64,000 nt of DNA from the NCBI GenBank assembly GCA_965203485.1, contig OZ241892.1, positions 1 through 64,000 of the forward strand, in the 5' to 3' direction. This document shows positions 18,450 through 29,300 of this stretch, piece by piece. Positions within the stretch are counted from its first letter, which is position 1. Each line of letters opens with the position of its first letter. The notes under the pieces are model-generated. The model was not told the DNA's origin, searched no databases, and was given only the letters and a program-made list of their open reading frames with translations. The stretch is from Longimicrobiales bacterium. GTDB taxonomy: Bacteria > Gemmatimonadota > Gemmatimonadetes > Longimicrobiales > Gaopeijiaceae. Both the position numbers and the translations under genes were made by a program.

Positions 18450-21409
18450 ACCCATCGCTGCGCGCGCCGTGCCTCCGCCCGGCCACCCTCTTCTCTTCCG
18501 TTGCCCTGGCCGCCTTGGCGACGCTCGCGTTCCATGCCCCACCGCTCGGCGCCCAGCAGGCCGTCACCGAGGCTGATCTTGCCGCGTTTCCGCCCCGCCA
18601 CGTCGGCCCGGCCGTCACCGGGGGGCGCATCCACGACGTCGAAGCCTTGCCCGGCGATCCTTCCACGATCTACGTGGCCACGGCCTCCGGCGGCCTCTGG
18701 AAGAGCACGAACCGGGGCATTACCTGGACCAATCTCTGGGAGCACATGCCCACGAGCACCTTCGGGGACGTGGCAATAGCGCCGTCGGACACTCGAATCG
18801 TCTACGCGGGCACCGGCGAGCAGCAGAACCGGCAGAGCACGTCGTGGGGCAACGGCGTCTACCGGTCCGACGACGGCGGCGCCACGTGGACCCACTTGGG
18901 ACTGGACGAGACGCGCCACACCGGGCGTGTTCAGGTCCACCCGGGCAACCCGGACGTGGTGTACGTGGCGGCCCTGGGCAACTTGTGGCGTTCGTCGCCG
19001 GAGCGCGGCGTGTACCGCTCCGCGGACGGCGGCCGCACCTGGGACAAGGTCCTCTTCGTGGACGAGCACACCGGGGCCGTGGACCTCGTCGTCGACCCGG
19101 CGAGTCCCAGCGTTCTCTACGCGGCCATGTACCAGCGCCAGCGGCGCGCGTGGGGCTTCAACGGAGGCGGCCCGGGCAGCGGCATCTACAAGACGGAGGA
19201 CGGCGGCGAGACGTGGCGGGAGCTGACCAACGGCATCCCGGACGGCGACAAGGGCAGGATCGGGCTCGCCATCGCGCCGACCAACCCCAGCGTCCTCAAC
19301 GCGCTGGTGCAGCACGAGACCGAGTCCGGGGGCTACCGAAGCGAGGACGGCGGCGAGACTTGGGAGAAGGTGAGCGAACAGAACATTCGGCCCATGTACT
19401 ACTCGCACGTCTTCATCGATCCCACGAACGAGAACCGCGTCTACACGCTGGCCACGTCGTCGCACCGGAGCGAGGACGGCGGGCGCACCTTCGCCGAGAT
19501 CGCGGCCCGGCCCACCTACGACGTTGGCGTCCACGCCGACCATCACTCGATGTGGATCGACCCCGGCGACCCCGAGCACTTCTACTTGGCGGGAGACGCC
19601 GGGTTGCACGAGACCTACGACGGGGGCGCAACGTTTCGCCGCATCAACAACCTGCCGATCGGACAGTTCTACGGCATCGACGTGGACGACCGCGATCCCT
19701 ACTGGATATACGGGGGGATGCAGGACAACCACTCTTGGATGGGGCCGTCGGCGACGCGCTCGTGGGAGGGCATCGTCGACGACGATTGGCGCCAAACGGG
19801 GTTCGGAGACGGGATGTACCAGCAGGCCGCGCCGGACGGGCGCACCGTGTACATCAACTCGCAGAACGGCAACTGGACGCGCTTCGACAACGTCACGGGC
19901 GACGTGACGAGCCTGCGCTTGGCCGCTCCGCCGGGCGAAGAGCCGTACCGGTGGGACTGGGTGTCGCCGAGCTTGCTGTCGCGCCACGATCCGAACGTGG
20001 TGTACCTGGGCGGCAACCGGCTGTTCGTGTCGCGAGACCGGGGCGACAGCTTCGAGCGCACCGAGGACCTGACGCGCCGGGTGGACCGCGACGCGCTGGA
20101 GATCATGGGCGTGGCGGGGGCGGACACCCGGCTGTCGCGCAACGACGGGACGTCGTCGTACGGCGAGATCGTGACGATCGCGGAGTCGCCGCTGAACCCG
20201 GCGGTGCTGTGGGTGGGCGCCGACGACGGGACCGTGCAGGTTTCGAGGGACGGTGGGCGGAGCTGGCGCGAAGTGTCGGGCGGCGCGAGCGGCGGGGGCG
20301 GAGCAGGCCGCGTCGGCGCGCCACCGGCGCCTGCGGGCGCCTACGTCAGCCGAGTGGTGGCCTCGGCGGAGTCGCCGGGGACGGCGTACGTGACGTTCGA
20401 CGCGCATCGCGACGGCGATTTCGCGCCCTACGTGTACCGTGCCGAAGAGTTCGGGGAGCGGTGGACGCCGCTCCACGGCGGGTTGCCCTCGGGGTCGGTC
20501 AACGTGATCGCCGAGCATCCGGACAATCCCGGCGTGCTCTTCGTGGGCACCGAGCACCATGTGTTCGCGAGCACCGACCGCGGCGCGACGTGGGCGCGGT
20601 TGCCGGGCCTTCCGACCACGGCCTACGACGACATGGTGGTGCATCCCAGGGAGAAGGACCTGGTGCTGGGCACGCACGGACGCTCGATCATCGTCGTGGA
20701 CGACGTTGCGCCGCTGGCGGAGTACGCGGCCTCTGCGGGCCGGGCCGTCTTCCTCTTCGCGGTACGCCGAGGAACGATCCGGTACTACTGGAAGGACACG
20801 TCGTACCGCGCGCAGGCCGTCTTCATGGGCGAGAATCCCGCCGACGGCACGCCGATCACGTACCGGCTGGGCCGCGGCGCGGAAGCCGCCAGGGTCGTCG
20901 TCGTCAGCGCGGCGGGCGACACGGTGCGTAGCTTTGCGGCGCCGGGAGAGGCCGGAGTGCACCGGGTGACGTGGGATCTCCGGCACGGGTTGCCGGGCGA
21001 AGCGGGCGAGGCGGAGACGTGGACGGCCCACGATCCGGCCGAAGTGCCGCGCACGCTGGAGCGCCGAGGGCCGTTCGTGTCGCCGGGGATCTACGCCGTC
21101 GAGGTCTCGGCAGGGGGCGCGTCGCACCGGCGCGCGGTGGCCGTTCGCGGCGATCCGGAGCTTCCGCTGACCGTTGCCGACTATCGCGAAAGGGAGGCGT
21201 TCCTGTTGGAGGTCCTCGCGCTCGCCAGCCGGCTGTCCGACATGCCCGGCGAGGCTGGAGCGCACCGGGGGCGCCTTTTGCAGCTGTACGCCGCCGTCGA
21301 GGGGGCCGGGGTGCGCCAGGGCACGCTCCATCCGCCCACGAAGACGCAACGGTCGGCGCTCGCGAGCGTCAAGGCCGCGTTGCAGGATGCGGGGATCGGA
21401 CTGCCGTAG
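18446..21409 (+). CDS. Secreted VPS10/sortilin-like BNR-repeat beta-propeller (glycosyl-hydrolase-like)
   Basis: Signal peptide, GPAVTGGRI, repeated S/T-x-D-G-G-x-T-W Asp-boxes; ATG overlaps the upstream stop. Confidence 0.88.
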   Translation: MNPSLRAPCLRPATLFSSVALAALATLAFHAPPLGAQQAVTEADLAAFPPRHVGPAVTGGRIHDVEALPGDPSTIYVATASGGLWKSTNRGITWTNLWEHMPTSTFGDVAIAPSDTRIVYAGTGEQQNRQSTSWGNGVYRSDDGGATWTHLGLDETRHTGRVQVHPGNPDVVYVAALGNLWRSSPERGVYRSADGGRTWDKVLFVDEHTGAVDLVVDPASPSVLYAAMYQRQRRAWGFNGGGPGSGIYKTEDGGETWRELTNGIPDGDKGRIGLAIAPTNPSVLNALVQHETESGGYRSEDGGETWEKVSEQNIRPMYYSHVFIDPTNENRVYTLATSSHRSEDGGRTFAEIAARPTYDVGVHADHHSMWIDPGDPEHFYLAGDAGLHETYDGGATFRRINNLPIGQFYGIDVDDRDPYWIYGGMQDNHSWMGPSATRSWEGIVDDDWRQTGFGDGMYQQAAPDGRTVYINSQNGNWTRFDNVTGDVTSLRLAAPPGEEPYRWDWVSPSLLSRHDPNVVYLGGNRLFVSRDRGDSFERTEDLTRRVDRDALEIMGVAGADTRLSRNDGTSSYGEIVTIAESPLNPAVLWVGADDGTVQVSRDGGRSWREVSGGASGGGGAGRVGAPPAPAGAYVSRVVASAESPGTAYVTFDAHRDGDFAPYVYRAEEFGERWTPLHGGLPSGSVNVIAEHPDNPGVLFVGTEHHVFASTDRGATWARLPGLPTTAYDDMVVHPREKDLVLGTHGRSIIVVDDVAPLAEYAASAGRAVFLFAVRRGTIRYYWKDTSYRAQAVFMGENPADGTPITYRLGRGAEAARVVVVSAAGDTVRSFAAPGEAGVHRVTWDLRHGLPGEAGEAETWTAHDPAEVPRTLERRGPFVSPGIYAVEVSAGGASHRRAVAVRGDPELPLTVADYREREAFLLEVLALASRLSDMPGEAGAHRGRLLQLYAAVEGAGVRQGTLHPPTKTQRSALASVKAALQDAGIGLP

Positions 21410-21464
21410 GAGCGTTGCCGGCCCGACTTGTCCAGCCGTTTGTCGAAAGCGAAAGCGGCGAGCC

Positions 21465-22061
21465 CTATCCCGACCGGAACGGGAGCCCTACGAGCACCTC
21501 GACCGAATCGCCGGAGCCGACTGGGAGGCGCCCGTCGCGCCGCCAGCGAGCCTCGATCATGAAGGTGAGTCGGCCGACCTGCGGCGATATTCCACCGCCG
21601 CCGCCAAAAGTGTACCGGCGGTAGCGGCGGTCCTGCTGCGATGCGGTGGGATTGAAGCGGTCGGCCGACGCTGGGAAGGCCCTGCCCACGTAGCCGACAA
21701 GGTAGGGTTCGCCCGGAAGGCCCAGGATCAGGCCCACCTCCCCCGTGGCGACGAAGTCAGCGGTGAAGCGAGTCCCGGCCGGGCACTCGGCTCGTTCACC
21801 GCACTCCGTGACCAAGATTCCGGTAGCCGCGCCCCCCATGAACATGCCGATGTCGAACCCGTTGATGTCGTTCCAAGTCTCGACGCTCAATCGCGCGAAG
21901 CCGACGGGCGACACCGGCAAGCGCGTCTCTCGCTCGTTGAACGAGCCGCCGGCCGCCGCGGTGACGACGAGCCGCAGGGAGGCGCGCTCGTCCTGCGGTT
22001 GCACGGGCGGAGTCTGGGCCTCGGTGGCCGCGAAGGCGCCCAGCAAGACCGCGCCCGCCAT
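21465..22061 (-). CDS. Hypothetical secreted or small outer-membrane beta-barrel protein
   Basis: Signal-like N-terminus, amphipathic beta strands, terminal VLVGLPF; start uncertain. Confidence 0.5.
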   Translation of the reverse strand: MAGAVLLGAFAATEAQTPPVQPQDERASLRLVVTAAAGGSFNERETRLPVSPVGFARLSVETWNDINGFDIGMFMGGAATGILVTECGERAECPAGTRFTADFVATGEVGLILGLPGEPYLVGYVGRAFPASADRFNPTASQQDRRYRRYTFGGGGGISPQVGRLTFMIEARWRRDGRLPVGSGDSVEVLVGLPFRSG

Positions 22062-22095
22062 GGCCGGTGCGCGCAACGGCGCGGCGGGCCAAGCG

Positions 22096-23415
22096 CTAGA
22101 AGAACGTTCCCCGGAAGCGGTTGTTGACGACGTTGTTGTAGATTGAGCCGAACTGGAACCCAAGGCCCGCCTCCATGCTGTAGTTAAAGTGCTGGCTTCG
22201 TTGCTGGAGGTTGAGGAGCGCTTCCTCGTCCGTCACGCCCCGCGCCGAAAGATACACCTGGTCGTTGACCCACGAAACACGGCCGTCGGCGTAGACGTCA
22301 AGACCCCGCGCCAGCCGGAAGCGCAGATTTCCCCTGAACGAGACGTTGTAGAGGGCCGCGTCGTGCAGGAAATGCGATCCCCGCAAGCGCACGGACGCGT
22401 CTCCCCACTGCTGCCGCTGGGCGAACTCCAGATCGAGCGCCTGCTCCCAGCGCGTTTCCTTGTCCTGGCCGAAGACCGTCCTCTCCACGTAGTTGCGGTA
22501 AGCTGGACCGACGCGATAGAACGCGGTCAGCGAGCGGCGCGTGGCCTCTTCGTAGGGAAAGAAGCTGTACTCGAGCGCCGGCGTCAACTCGGCCCGGAAC
22601 TCTTGGTTGAAGCGTCGGATGCGCCGCAGCTCGCCCTGCAGGCCCATCGACCAGTGCTCGGCGAACGCGTAGGCGATCAGCTCCGAGAAGCCCCAGTCCG
22701 TTCGTTCGTCGACAAACTTGTTTCCCTCCGCGAGGTCGATTTCGCGGCGGTTGAAGTTCACGTTGCCGCGGAAGTTCATCTTCCACGCCGACGTGACCCG
22801 CGAGGCGTTGAAGTTGCCGTTGACGCTCGTCGTGCGGCGCGTCTGCTCGCCGTCGAACTCGGCGTTTCCGCCCACGCGGTAGACCCAGAAGTTCCACGGG
22901 TCCGCAACCTCCTCGCGGCTGACGACGAGCGCTTCCGCGTCCCGGGCGTCCTGCGCAACCACCACGGCCGTCCGCCCGAAGCCGTTGGACGAGGCGAAGT
23001 GGAGAAGACCGACGGCCAGCGTGTGCGCGATGCCGTCGAGCTGCTCGCGCCTGGTGCTCGTCGGCAGGGCGCTGTGCCGCAACAGCTCCTGGTACTCCCA
23101 CTGGTCCGACCCGCTGAACTCGATCACGTACTCGCGGCCCCCGGATCCCGTGTCCTGGCTCGTCATGATGACGTGCACGTCGGCGTCCTGGGGCTGGCGC
23201 ACCCAATCGACCCAGGCAATCTCGGTGCGCAGGTAGTTGAAGTCGCAGCCGCGCGTCTTGCAGTCGAAGAAGACGCGCGGCCGATCCGCGCCGCCCTGTT
23301 GCTGGGCGGCCGCCGGGGCGCAGGCCAGCCCCATCGCCAGCGCGGCGACGGCCGCGGACCGGACCGCCGTCCACGGCGCTCCGCCGCCTCGAATCGCGGC
23401 ATGTCGTATGGGCAT
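22096..23415 (-). CDS. Hypothetical outer-membrane beta-barrel protein
   Basis: Signal peptide (APAAA-QQ), VFFDC..CDFNYLRTEI N-terminal domain, C-terminal FQFGSIYNNVVNNRF. Confidence 0.7.
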   Translation of the reverse strand: MPIRHAAIRGGGAPWTAVRSAAVAALAMGLACAPAAAQQQGGADRPRVFFDCKTRGCDFNYLRTEIAWVDWVRQPQDADVHVIMTSQDTGSGGREYVIEFSGSDQWEYQELLRHSALPTSTRREQLDGIAHTLAVGLLHFASSNGFGRTAVVVAQDARDAEALVVSREEVADPWNFWVYRVGGNAEFDGEQTRRTTSVNGNFNASRVTSAWKMNFRGNVNFNRREIDLAEGNKFVDERTDWGFSELIAYAFAEHWSMGLQGELRRIRRFNQEFRAELTPALEYSFFPYEEATRRSLTAFYRVGPAYRNYVERTVFGQDKETRWEQALDLEFAQRQQWGDASVRLRGSHFLHDAALYNVSFRGNLRFRLARGLDVYADGRVSWVNDQVYLSARGVTDEEALLNLQQRSQHFNYSMEAGLGFQFGSIYNNVVNNRFRGTFF

Positions 23416-23419
23416 CGCG

Positions 23420-24481
23420 CTACTCGGCGATTGCGGGGGGGCCAGCGTCGGCGGGCTCCGCGGCCGTTGCCGGGAAGGTGCTGGGCGAACCGTCATGCGA
23501 AGCGTCGCCCCATGCAAGGACAATCTTGCCGAAGTTTCTGTTGCGCTCCATGCGGGCATGGGCATCCGCCGCCTGTTCGGGCGGGTAGACCGAGTCCACG
23601 ACGGGGCGCAGGGAGCCGTCGGTGAACCCAGGGGCGGCGCGGGCTTGGAACTCTTGGGCCAGCGCGGCCTTCTCGGCGTCCGAGCGCGCGCGCAACACCG
23701 TCCCCAGCAGCCGGGCTCGTTGCGTCATGAGGGCGCGCAGGTCGATTTGGGCCGAGTGCCCGGCGGGCAGGCCGACCACCACGTGGCGTCCGCCAAGAGC
23801 CGCCGCTCGCTGGTTGCCGGCCAGATACGCGCCCCCGGCCAGATCGACGATCACGTCGGCGCCCCTGCCGTCAGTGGCATCCAACGCGGCCGTTGCCCAA
23901 TCTCCCCGGCCGTCGAGGGCCACATCCAGTCCCAGCTCTTCGGCGCGGGCCAGCTTGGCCGGCGTGCGCGACGTCCCCAGGGTGCGCGCACCCTCGCGTC
24001 GCGCCAGCTGAAGCGCCGCCGTCCCCACGCCGCTCCCCACCGCGTGAATCAGCACGGTCTCGCCGGCGCGGAGCCCGGCCTGTCCCAGCATCGCGTCGAA
24101 CGCGGTCATGAACACTTCGGGCACTGCCCCGGCGGCCACGGCGTCCATTTCGGCCGGCACCGGCACCGCCACGTCTTCGCGGACGACCACCCGCTCCGCG
24201 CAGCCGCCTCCGGCAACGATGCCCATTGCGCGCTCGCCCGCTCTCCACCGGGTCACGTCGGCTCCCACCGCCTCCACCACGCCCGCGAACTCCAAGCCCA
24301 AGATCTCCGGCGCTCCCGGCGGAGGCGGGTAGAGCCCCCGGCGCTGAAGCAGGTCGGCCCGGTTGACCCCCGACGACTGCACCCGCACGAGGATGTCGCG
24401 AGCCGACGGCCGCGGCGTCGGCGCCGTCCCTATCTTCAATACCTCCGGGCCGCCGGCGCCCTCCGCCACGACAGCCCTCAC
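23420..24481 (-). CDS. NAD(P)H-quinone oxidoreductase, PIG3/zeta-crystallin family
   Basis: GVNRADLLQRRGLYPPP, LGLEFAG, HAVGSGVGTAA, GKIVL. Confidence 0.9.
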   Translation of the reverse strand: MRAVVAEGAGGPEVLKIGTAPTPRPSARDILVRVQSSGVNRADLLQRRGLYPPPPGAPEILGLEFAGVVEAVGADVTRWRAGERAMGIVAGGGCAERVVVREDVAVPVPAEMDAVAAGAVPEVFMTAFDAMLGQAGLRAGETVLIHAVGSGVGTAALQLARREGARTLGTSRTPAKLARAEELGLDVALDGRGDWATAALDATDGRGADVIVDLAGGAYLAGNQRAAALGGRHVVVGLPAGHSAQIDLRALMTQRARLLGTVLRARSDAEKAALAQEFQARAAPGFTDGSLRPVVDSVYPPEQAADAHARMERNRNFGKIVLAWGDASHDGSPSTFPATAAEPADAGPPAIAE

Positions 24482-24585
24482 GGCGCGAGGGCGCTTGCTG
24501 GCACGGCCACGCGACGGCCGAGCGGCCCCTTCGCGCCGTCGATCCCGCGCTTCGGCGCCAACGCCTCGTTCGGAGGACCCCGCCC

Positions 24586-24978
24586 ATGCTCTTCGCCGCG
24601 CACTCCGGCGTCCGCTTTCTCGTCCTCGCCGCAGGGCTTGTCGTATTGGCCTGGGCCCTGGCCGGCCATCTCGGCAAGAAGCGCTACACGCCCGCCATGG
24701 GGAAGGCGGCGGCAGGCTTCGCCGGACTGCTCCACCTGCAGATCGCGCTCGGCGCGGCCGTGCTCTTCGCGCGCCCCTTCCACACCCAGGTGCTGGGGCA
24801 CGTCTTCATGATGGCCGGGGCCGCCCTGGTCGCCCAGGCGACCGCCTCGGTAGTGAAGCGGCGCTCGGCGGAGGCGCGAGGCTACGGCCCCCACCTGGTG
24901 GGGACCGCGCTCGCGTTGCTCTTCATCGCGATGGGCATCTTGGCGATCGGACGGGGCGTCTTCGAGAGCACGGCGTAG
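24586..24978 (+). CDS. Small four-TM membrane protein with His residues in helices (possibly cytochrome b-like)
   Basis: GGAGG RBS; four hydrophobic segments with AHSG, HLQ and GH motifs. Confidence 0.65.
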   Translation: MLFAAHSGVRFLVLAAGLVVLAWALAGHLGKKRYTPAMGKAAAGFAGLLHLQIALGAAVLFARPFHTQVLGHVFMMAGAALVAQATASVVKRRSAEARGYGPHLVGTALALLFIAMGILAIGRGVFESTA

Positions 24979-25077
24979 GCCCTGGACCCGGGCGCTCGCG
25001 CCTTCACCGGTGGCGGACGGGCGGCACGAACTGTCACGCGGTCACGGCGGTCGGCGATCCGCGCCGCAACGGGGCCG

Positions 25078-26376
25078 CTACGAAATGTTGTCGTTCGTCT
25101 CGATCTCGCCTCGCGAGATGGGGAAGCACAGGTCCTGCTGCACCAGGTGCGAGCCCACGCTCGCGTTGCCGGACGGCATCTCAAGCGGGTGGAAGTCGCG
25201 CGTTCCCGAGTGTCCCGGCTGGGACCAGCGCCAGAAGTCTCCCAGGCGGCGCCCCTCCAGCCATAGCACCACTCCGCGTTCAAAGTAGAGCGCTTTCCAA
25301 GCTTCGTCGGCGTCGGAAGCCTCCGCCTCGGGCAGGTCGCGGCTGGTGCGAAGCGCGTTGATCTTCGTCATCGCCCCTTGCCAGTCGCCCGAGATCAGCA
25401 TCGCCTCGGCTTCGATCAGGCGCATTTCCGGCCCCTTGGACAGTGGAATGTCCGCGCCGGAGTCCTCGTACTTGGTTTGGGGCCACCACGGAACTTGGCC
25501 GCAGCACTGCACTGCGGCGTCCCCGGTCTCGTCGGTGACCCTGAACGGCACGCGGGGGTCGCCCTCGGGGCGGTTTTCGCTAAGGCCGTAGTCTTCGTAC
25601 TTGGTGAACTTCACCGTGTGCGCCTTGTACGGCTCGGCTTGGCTCGCCCACTGAATGCGGTTGCGGGTCGCGTCGCCCTCGTTGGCGAAGTAGGGCATGT
25701 ACCACACGAAGCCGTCCGGTATCCTGGCGGCGTCGGCGACCGCCCCCGCCCAGTCCCCGGTGAACACCTTCACGGATGCGCGCGCCGCCGTCGCGGCCGT
25801 CGCGATGTCGCCGCTTCCCAACGTCGAAGCCTGGGTGAAGCGCTCGATGGCCCTGTCCCAGTAGACGCTCCGCGCGCCCGGCGCTTGGCCGTCTATCACC
25901 GATTCGCAGAAGTTCTCGCCCAACAACCGATACGCGTATCCCGTCCACAAATAGGCTTCGGCGAGCAAATCCTGATCGTCGGTGCCCGTCTCCGTGATCT
26001 TCGCTATGCCGTCGTCGCCCCACCAGCGCGCGCGCTGCGAATGGTTCCAGTGCGTGTCGATCGTCTCGTAGTCGAGCTCGCCGTTCTGCCACTCGACCTG
26101 GATGCCGAAGCTGCCGGTGGAACCCGAAGGATGTATCTCGCGCGTAATGGCGGCGCCGGTGTAGGCCACGTAGTTCAGCGCCTCGGCGTCGGCCCGGCCG
26201 ATTCCCTTGACGATGGCTTCGTGCGCGGCGGCTTCCAACAGGAAGCTCTCTTGAACCCTGCCGGGATTGACCACCTCGGTGTCGCACGCGGCCGAGGCGA
26301 GGACCAAGCCGGCGGCGGCAAGCGCGCGCCGTTGCGCCGGGCTGGAAGACGTGAGTCGTCGTGTTCTCGTTCGCAT
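25078..26376 (-). CDS. RagB/SusD-family lipoprotein (second locus)
   Basis: Lipobox SAAC; LLGENFC, EMRLIEAE, ERGVVLWLEGRRLGD; GGAGG RBS 7 nt before ATG 26376. Confidence 0.9.
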   Translation of the reverse strand: MRTRTRRLTSSSPAQRRALAAAGLVLASAACDTEVVNPGRVQESFLLEAAAHEAIVKGIGRADAEALNYVAYTGAAITREIHPSGSTGSFGIQVEWQNGELDYETIDTHWNHSQRARWWGDDGIAKITETGTDDQDLLAEAYLWTGYAYRLLGENFCESVIDGQAPGARSVYWDRAIERFTQASTLGSGDIATAATAARASVKVFTGDWAGAVADAARIPDGFVWYMPYFANEGDATRNRIQWASQAEPYKAHTVKFTKYEDYGLSENRPEGDPRVPFRVTDETGDAAVQCCGQVPWWPQTKYEDSGADIPLSKGPEMRLIEAEAMLISGDWQGAMTKINALRTSRDLPEAEASDADEAWKALYFERGVVLWLEGRRLGDFWRWSQPGHSGTRDFHPLEMPSGNASVGSHLVQQDLCFPISRGEIETNDNIS

Positions 26377-26387
26377 GGTCATCCCTC

Positions 26388-29300
26388 CTAGAAGACGACT
26401 TGCATGGAGAAGGTGTAGTAGGCCGGCGGCGGGACGTGTTCCGTCATGGAACGCACGCGGGTGTTGTACCCGACGTTGGCGCCGACTTCCGGATCCAGCG
26501 TCCGCATGAGCGGATGGACCCAGCGGAAGAAGTTGCGCGCCGAGAGCGTGACGCTGGCGCTGGACGCGCCCATGCCGCTGGCCCAGTTGCTGGGTAGCGG
26601 CGCGTGCAGGCTCAGCTCGCGAATCTTGAAGAAGTCGGCCGGCTGCACCGCGAAGTCGGTCTGGTAGTGATTGACGTTGCAACGAGCCCGCTCCTCTGCG
26701 GTCAGCGCGTCGTAGCCCCGCGTCTCCCACGTGTTGTACGCCTCGAAGCATCCCGCCCAACGAACCGACCGGCGGGTGGCCGCGGCCTGCGGGCCGTTGA
26801 GCATGTACGCGCCTCCCTGGTACTCGCCGCGCGCGGCGAGCGTCACGCCCCAGGGCAGGCCGAAGCTAGTGCTGAAGCCCATGATGACGGGCGCTTGGTT
26901 CGGGCCGTGAATGCAGTCGTCCTCTATCACGGGCTCCGCCCGCTGGTCCGCGTTGGAGACGCACTTGGAGCGGATGACCGGCGCGGGCTGTCCTTCGATG
27001 ACCCAGCCGAACCCGCCGATCGAGAACTCGGGCGCGCCGCCCAGCGACTTGATCTCGGAATCCGTGAACGACATCGTCGTGCCCACGTCCCAGGCCCAGG
27101 TGTCGTTGCGCACGATGGAGTAGTTGAGGCCCAGCTCCACCCCGCTGTTCGCCAGTTCGCCCACGTTGGCCAACTGCGAACTCGTGAAGCCCAGCGAGGG
27201 CACTTGGCGAACGCTGAACAGCGCTTCCGACGTGGTGCGCGTGAAGTAGGTCATGTTGGCCAGCAGGCGGTCGGAAAGAAACGAGCCCTCGAAGCCGAAC
27301 TCCAGTTCCGACGTGGTCTCGGGGCCGACGTCGGGGTTGCCCACGTTGCCGGGCAGGAACGCCGGCACCCCGCCCCATCCGACGGCGTTGAACGTCCGCA
27401 CGGCGTCGAACGCGCCGGGCGCGCGCCCTGCCTGTCCCCAGGCGGCGCGGAGCTTGAGCGTGCCCCAGTCGCTGTGCCAGAAGTCCTCGTCGGACACGAC
27501 GTACGAGCCCGACACCTTCGGGTAGAGCTGAAGCCCGAAGTCCTCGCCGAACGCCGAGTTTCCGTCCACGCGCAGGCCGGCAGTGACGAAGTACTTGTTC
27601 GAGATGTCGAAGACGTTCTGCACGAACAGGCCGGCGTTGACGACCCGCTCGCGGTCCTCGAATCCCAGCGTGTTGCCGGCGTTGTCGACGTCGGGATCGC
27701 CCGGGCCGGGGAAGTTGTCTCCGTAGGCGATCGTCTGCTCACGGCGCGTGGTGACGCTTTGTCCGCCGAACGACAGCGTGGAGCGGATGTCGCCGGTAAG
27801 CTCCAAGTTGAAGGAGCCCACGTACTCGACCGTCAGCGTGCTGAATTCGTGGCGCGACGTGGACAGGATGCCGGTCGGCGCGCGGATGAATCCGAAGGGA
27901 CGCAGGTTGCGGTTGTCCTGCTGGGCCAAGTCGAACCCGACGCTGAGCTGGTTGTTGAAGTAGGCCAGCGGCGAATAGGTGGCGGTGACCCCGGTGACGA
28001 TATGGTCCACCTGGGTCGTGAGCTCCTGGTTGAGGAACGGATCGATGGCGTTGAACGATTCGTCGTTCAAGTAGTTGCGATCGCGCCTGAACGTGTTGAG
28101 CGTCATGCCGTGGGCGTTGTTGCCGCCGGCGGTGTGCGACAGCTGGTCGTTGGTGTACGACGTGTTCCACTGGAGCTGGAGCTGGTCGGCCGGATTGAAC
28201 GTGAAGTTGCCCCGGAGAATGATCTTCTTCTCGGCGTCGTTGGGCAGCACCCCGTCGTCGTTCTCGTACGAGCCCGAGACGAAGTACCTGATGTTCTCGG
28301 TTCCGCCGCCGACGTTCGCCGCGTACTTCTGCTGATGGGCTCCCAGGTCGCTGAAGAGGCCGTCGTCGCAGGGTTGGTCCGGCACCACCACGGCGTCGCT
28401 GCACATGGGCTTGTGCCCGCGCAGCCACGGGTTGATGAAGAGGAAGTCGGAGCGCCCGCCGGACAGCGACGTCGGGTTCTCCGACGGCGGCCTCAGCGAC
28501 GGGTCGGGACCGAAGGTGAGGTTGCGCGCCAAGCCCTGCTCCACCTGGACGGTCCACCGCGTGGCGCCCGACGTGCCGCGCTTGGTGAAGATCTGGATCA
28601 CGCCCGCCGACGCCTCGGTGCCGTAGAGCGTCGTGGCCGCCGCGCCCTTGATCACCTCGATGCGCTCGATGTCCATCGGGTTGATGCTGTTGAGCGGACT
28701 GGACACGTCGTTGTTGCTGCGTCCCGAGTAGCCGATCGGCGGAACGTTCTTCGCGAAGCCCTCGCTGCGCATCCGAACCCCGTCCACGTAGACCAGCGGC
28801 TGGTTCGACTGCGTCATGGAGACGTTGCCCCGCAGCCGAATCATCGCTCCGCCGCCCACGCTGGCCGAACTCTGGGTGACCGACATGCCGGGCACGCGGG
28901 CCTGCAGCAAGGCGTCCACGTTGACGGGCGGCTCGACCACGTCCTGCGCGATGTTGAGCTGGGCCACCGTGTTGCCGATCTCGCGCCGCCGCGCCGCCCC
29001 CGCCGTGCCCGTCACGACGATCCCGTCGAGACCCAGGCCCTCCGTCTCCAGCGCGAAGTCGTGCTGCACGGTGGCGCCCGGAGACACGGTGACCTGGACC
29101 TCCGCTGTCGCGTAGCCGATGAGCTCGGCGCGCAGCGTGTATTCGCCCGGGGGCACGTTCAGGATCGCGAACCTCCCGTTGTCGCGCGAAAAGGCCCCGA
29201 GCGACGTGTCGAGCAGGTGCACTTGGACGGACGCGAGCGGGCGCTCGCTGGCCGCCTCGGCGACGAGCCCGGTGATGCTCCCAGTCTGGGCGCGCGCCGC

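Noticed and set aside
18314..21349. Very long antisense and alternate-frame ORFs (e.g. 18314-21349, 26604-29519, 48432-51518, 60366-63701)
   Set aside because: Shadow ORFs of real genes caused by high GC and stop-codon scarcity; Arg/Pro/Ala-rich with no motifs.
17888..21409. 1173-aa ORF as an exonuclease-VPS10 fusion
   Set aside because: The upstream extension is an off-frame read of the exonuclease gene; a signal peptide starts at ATG 18446.
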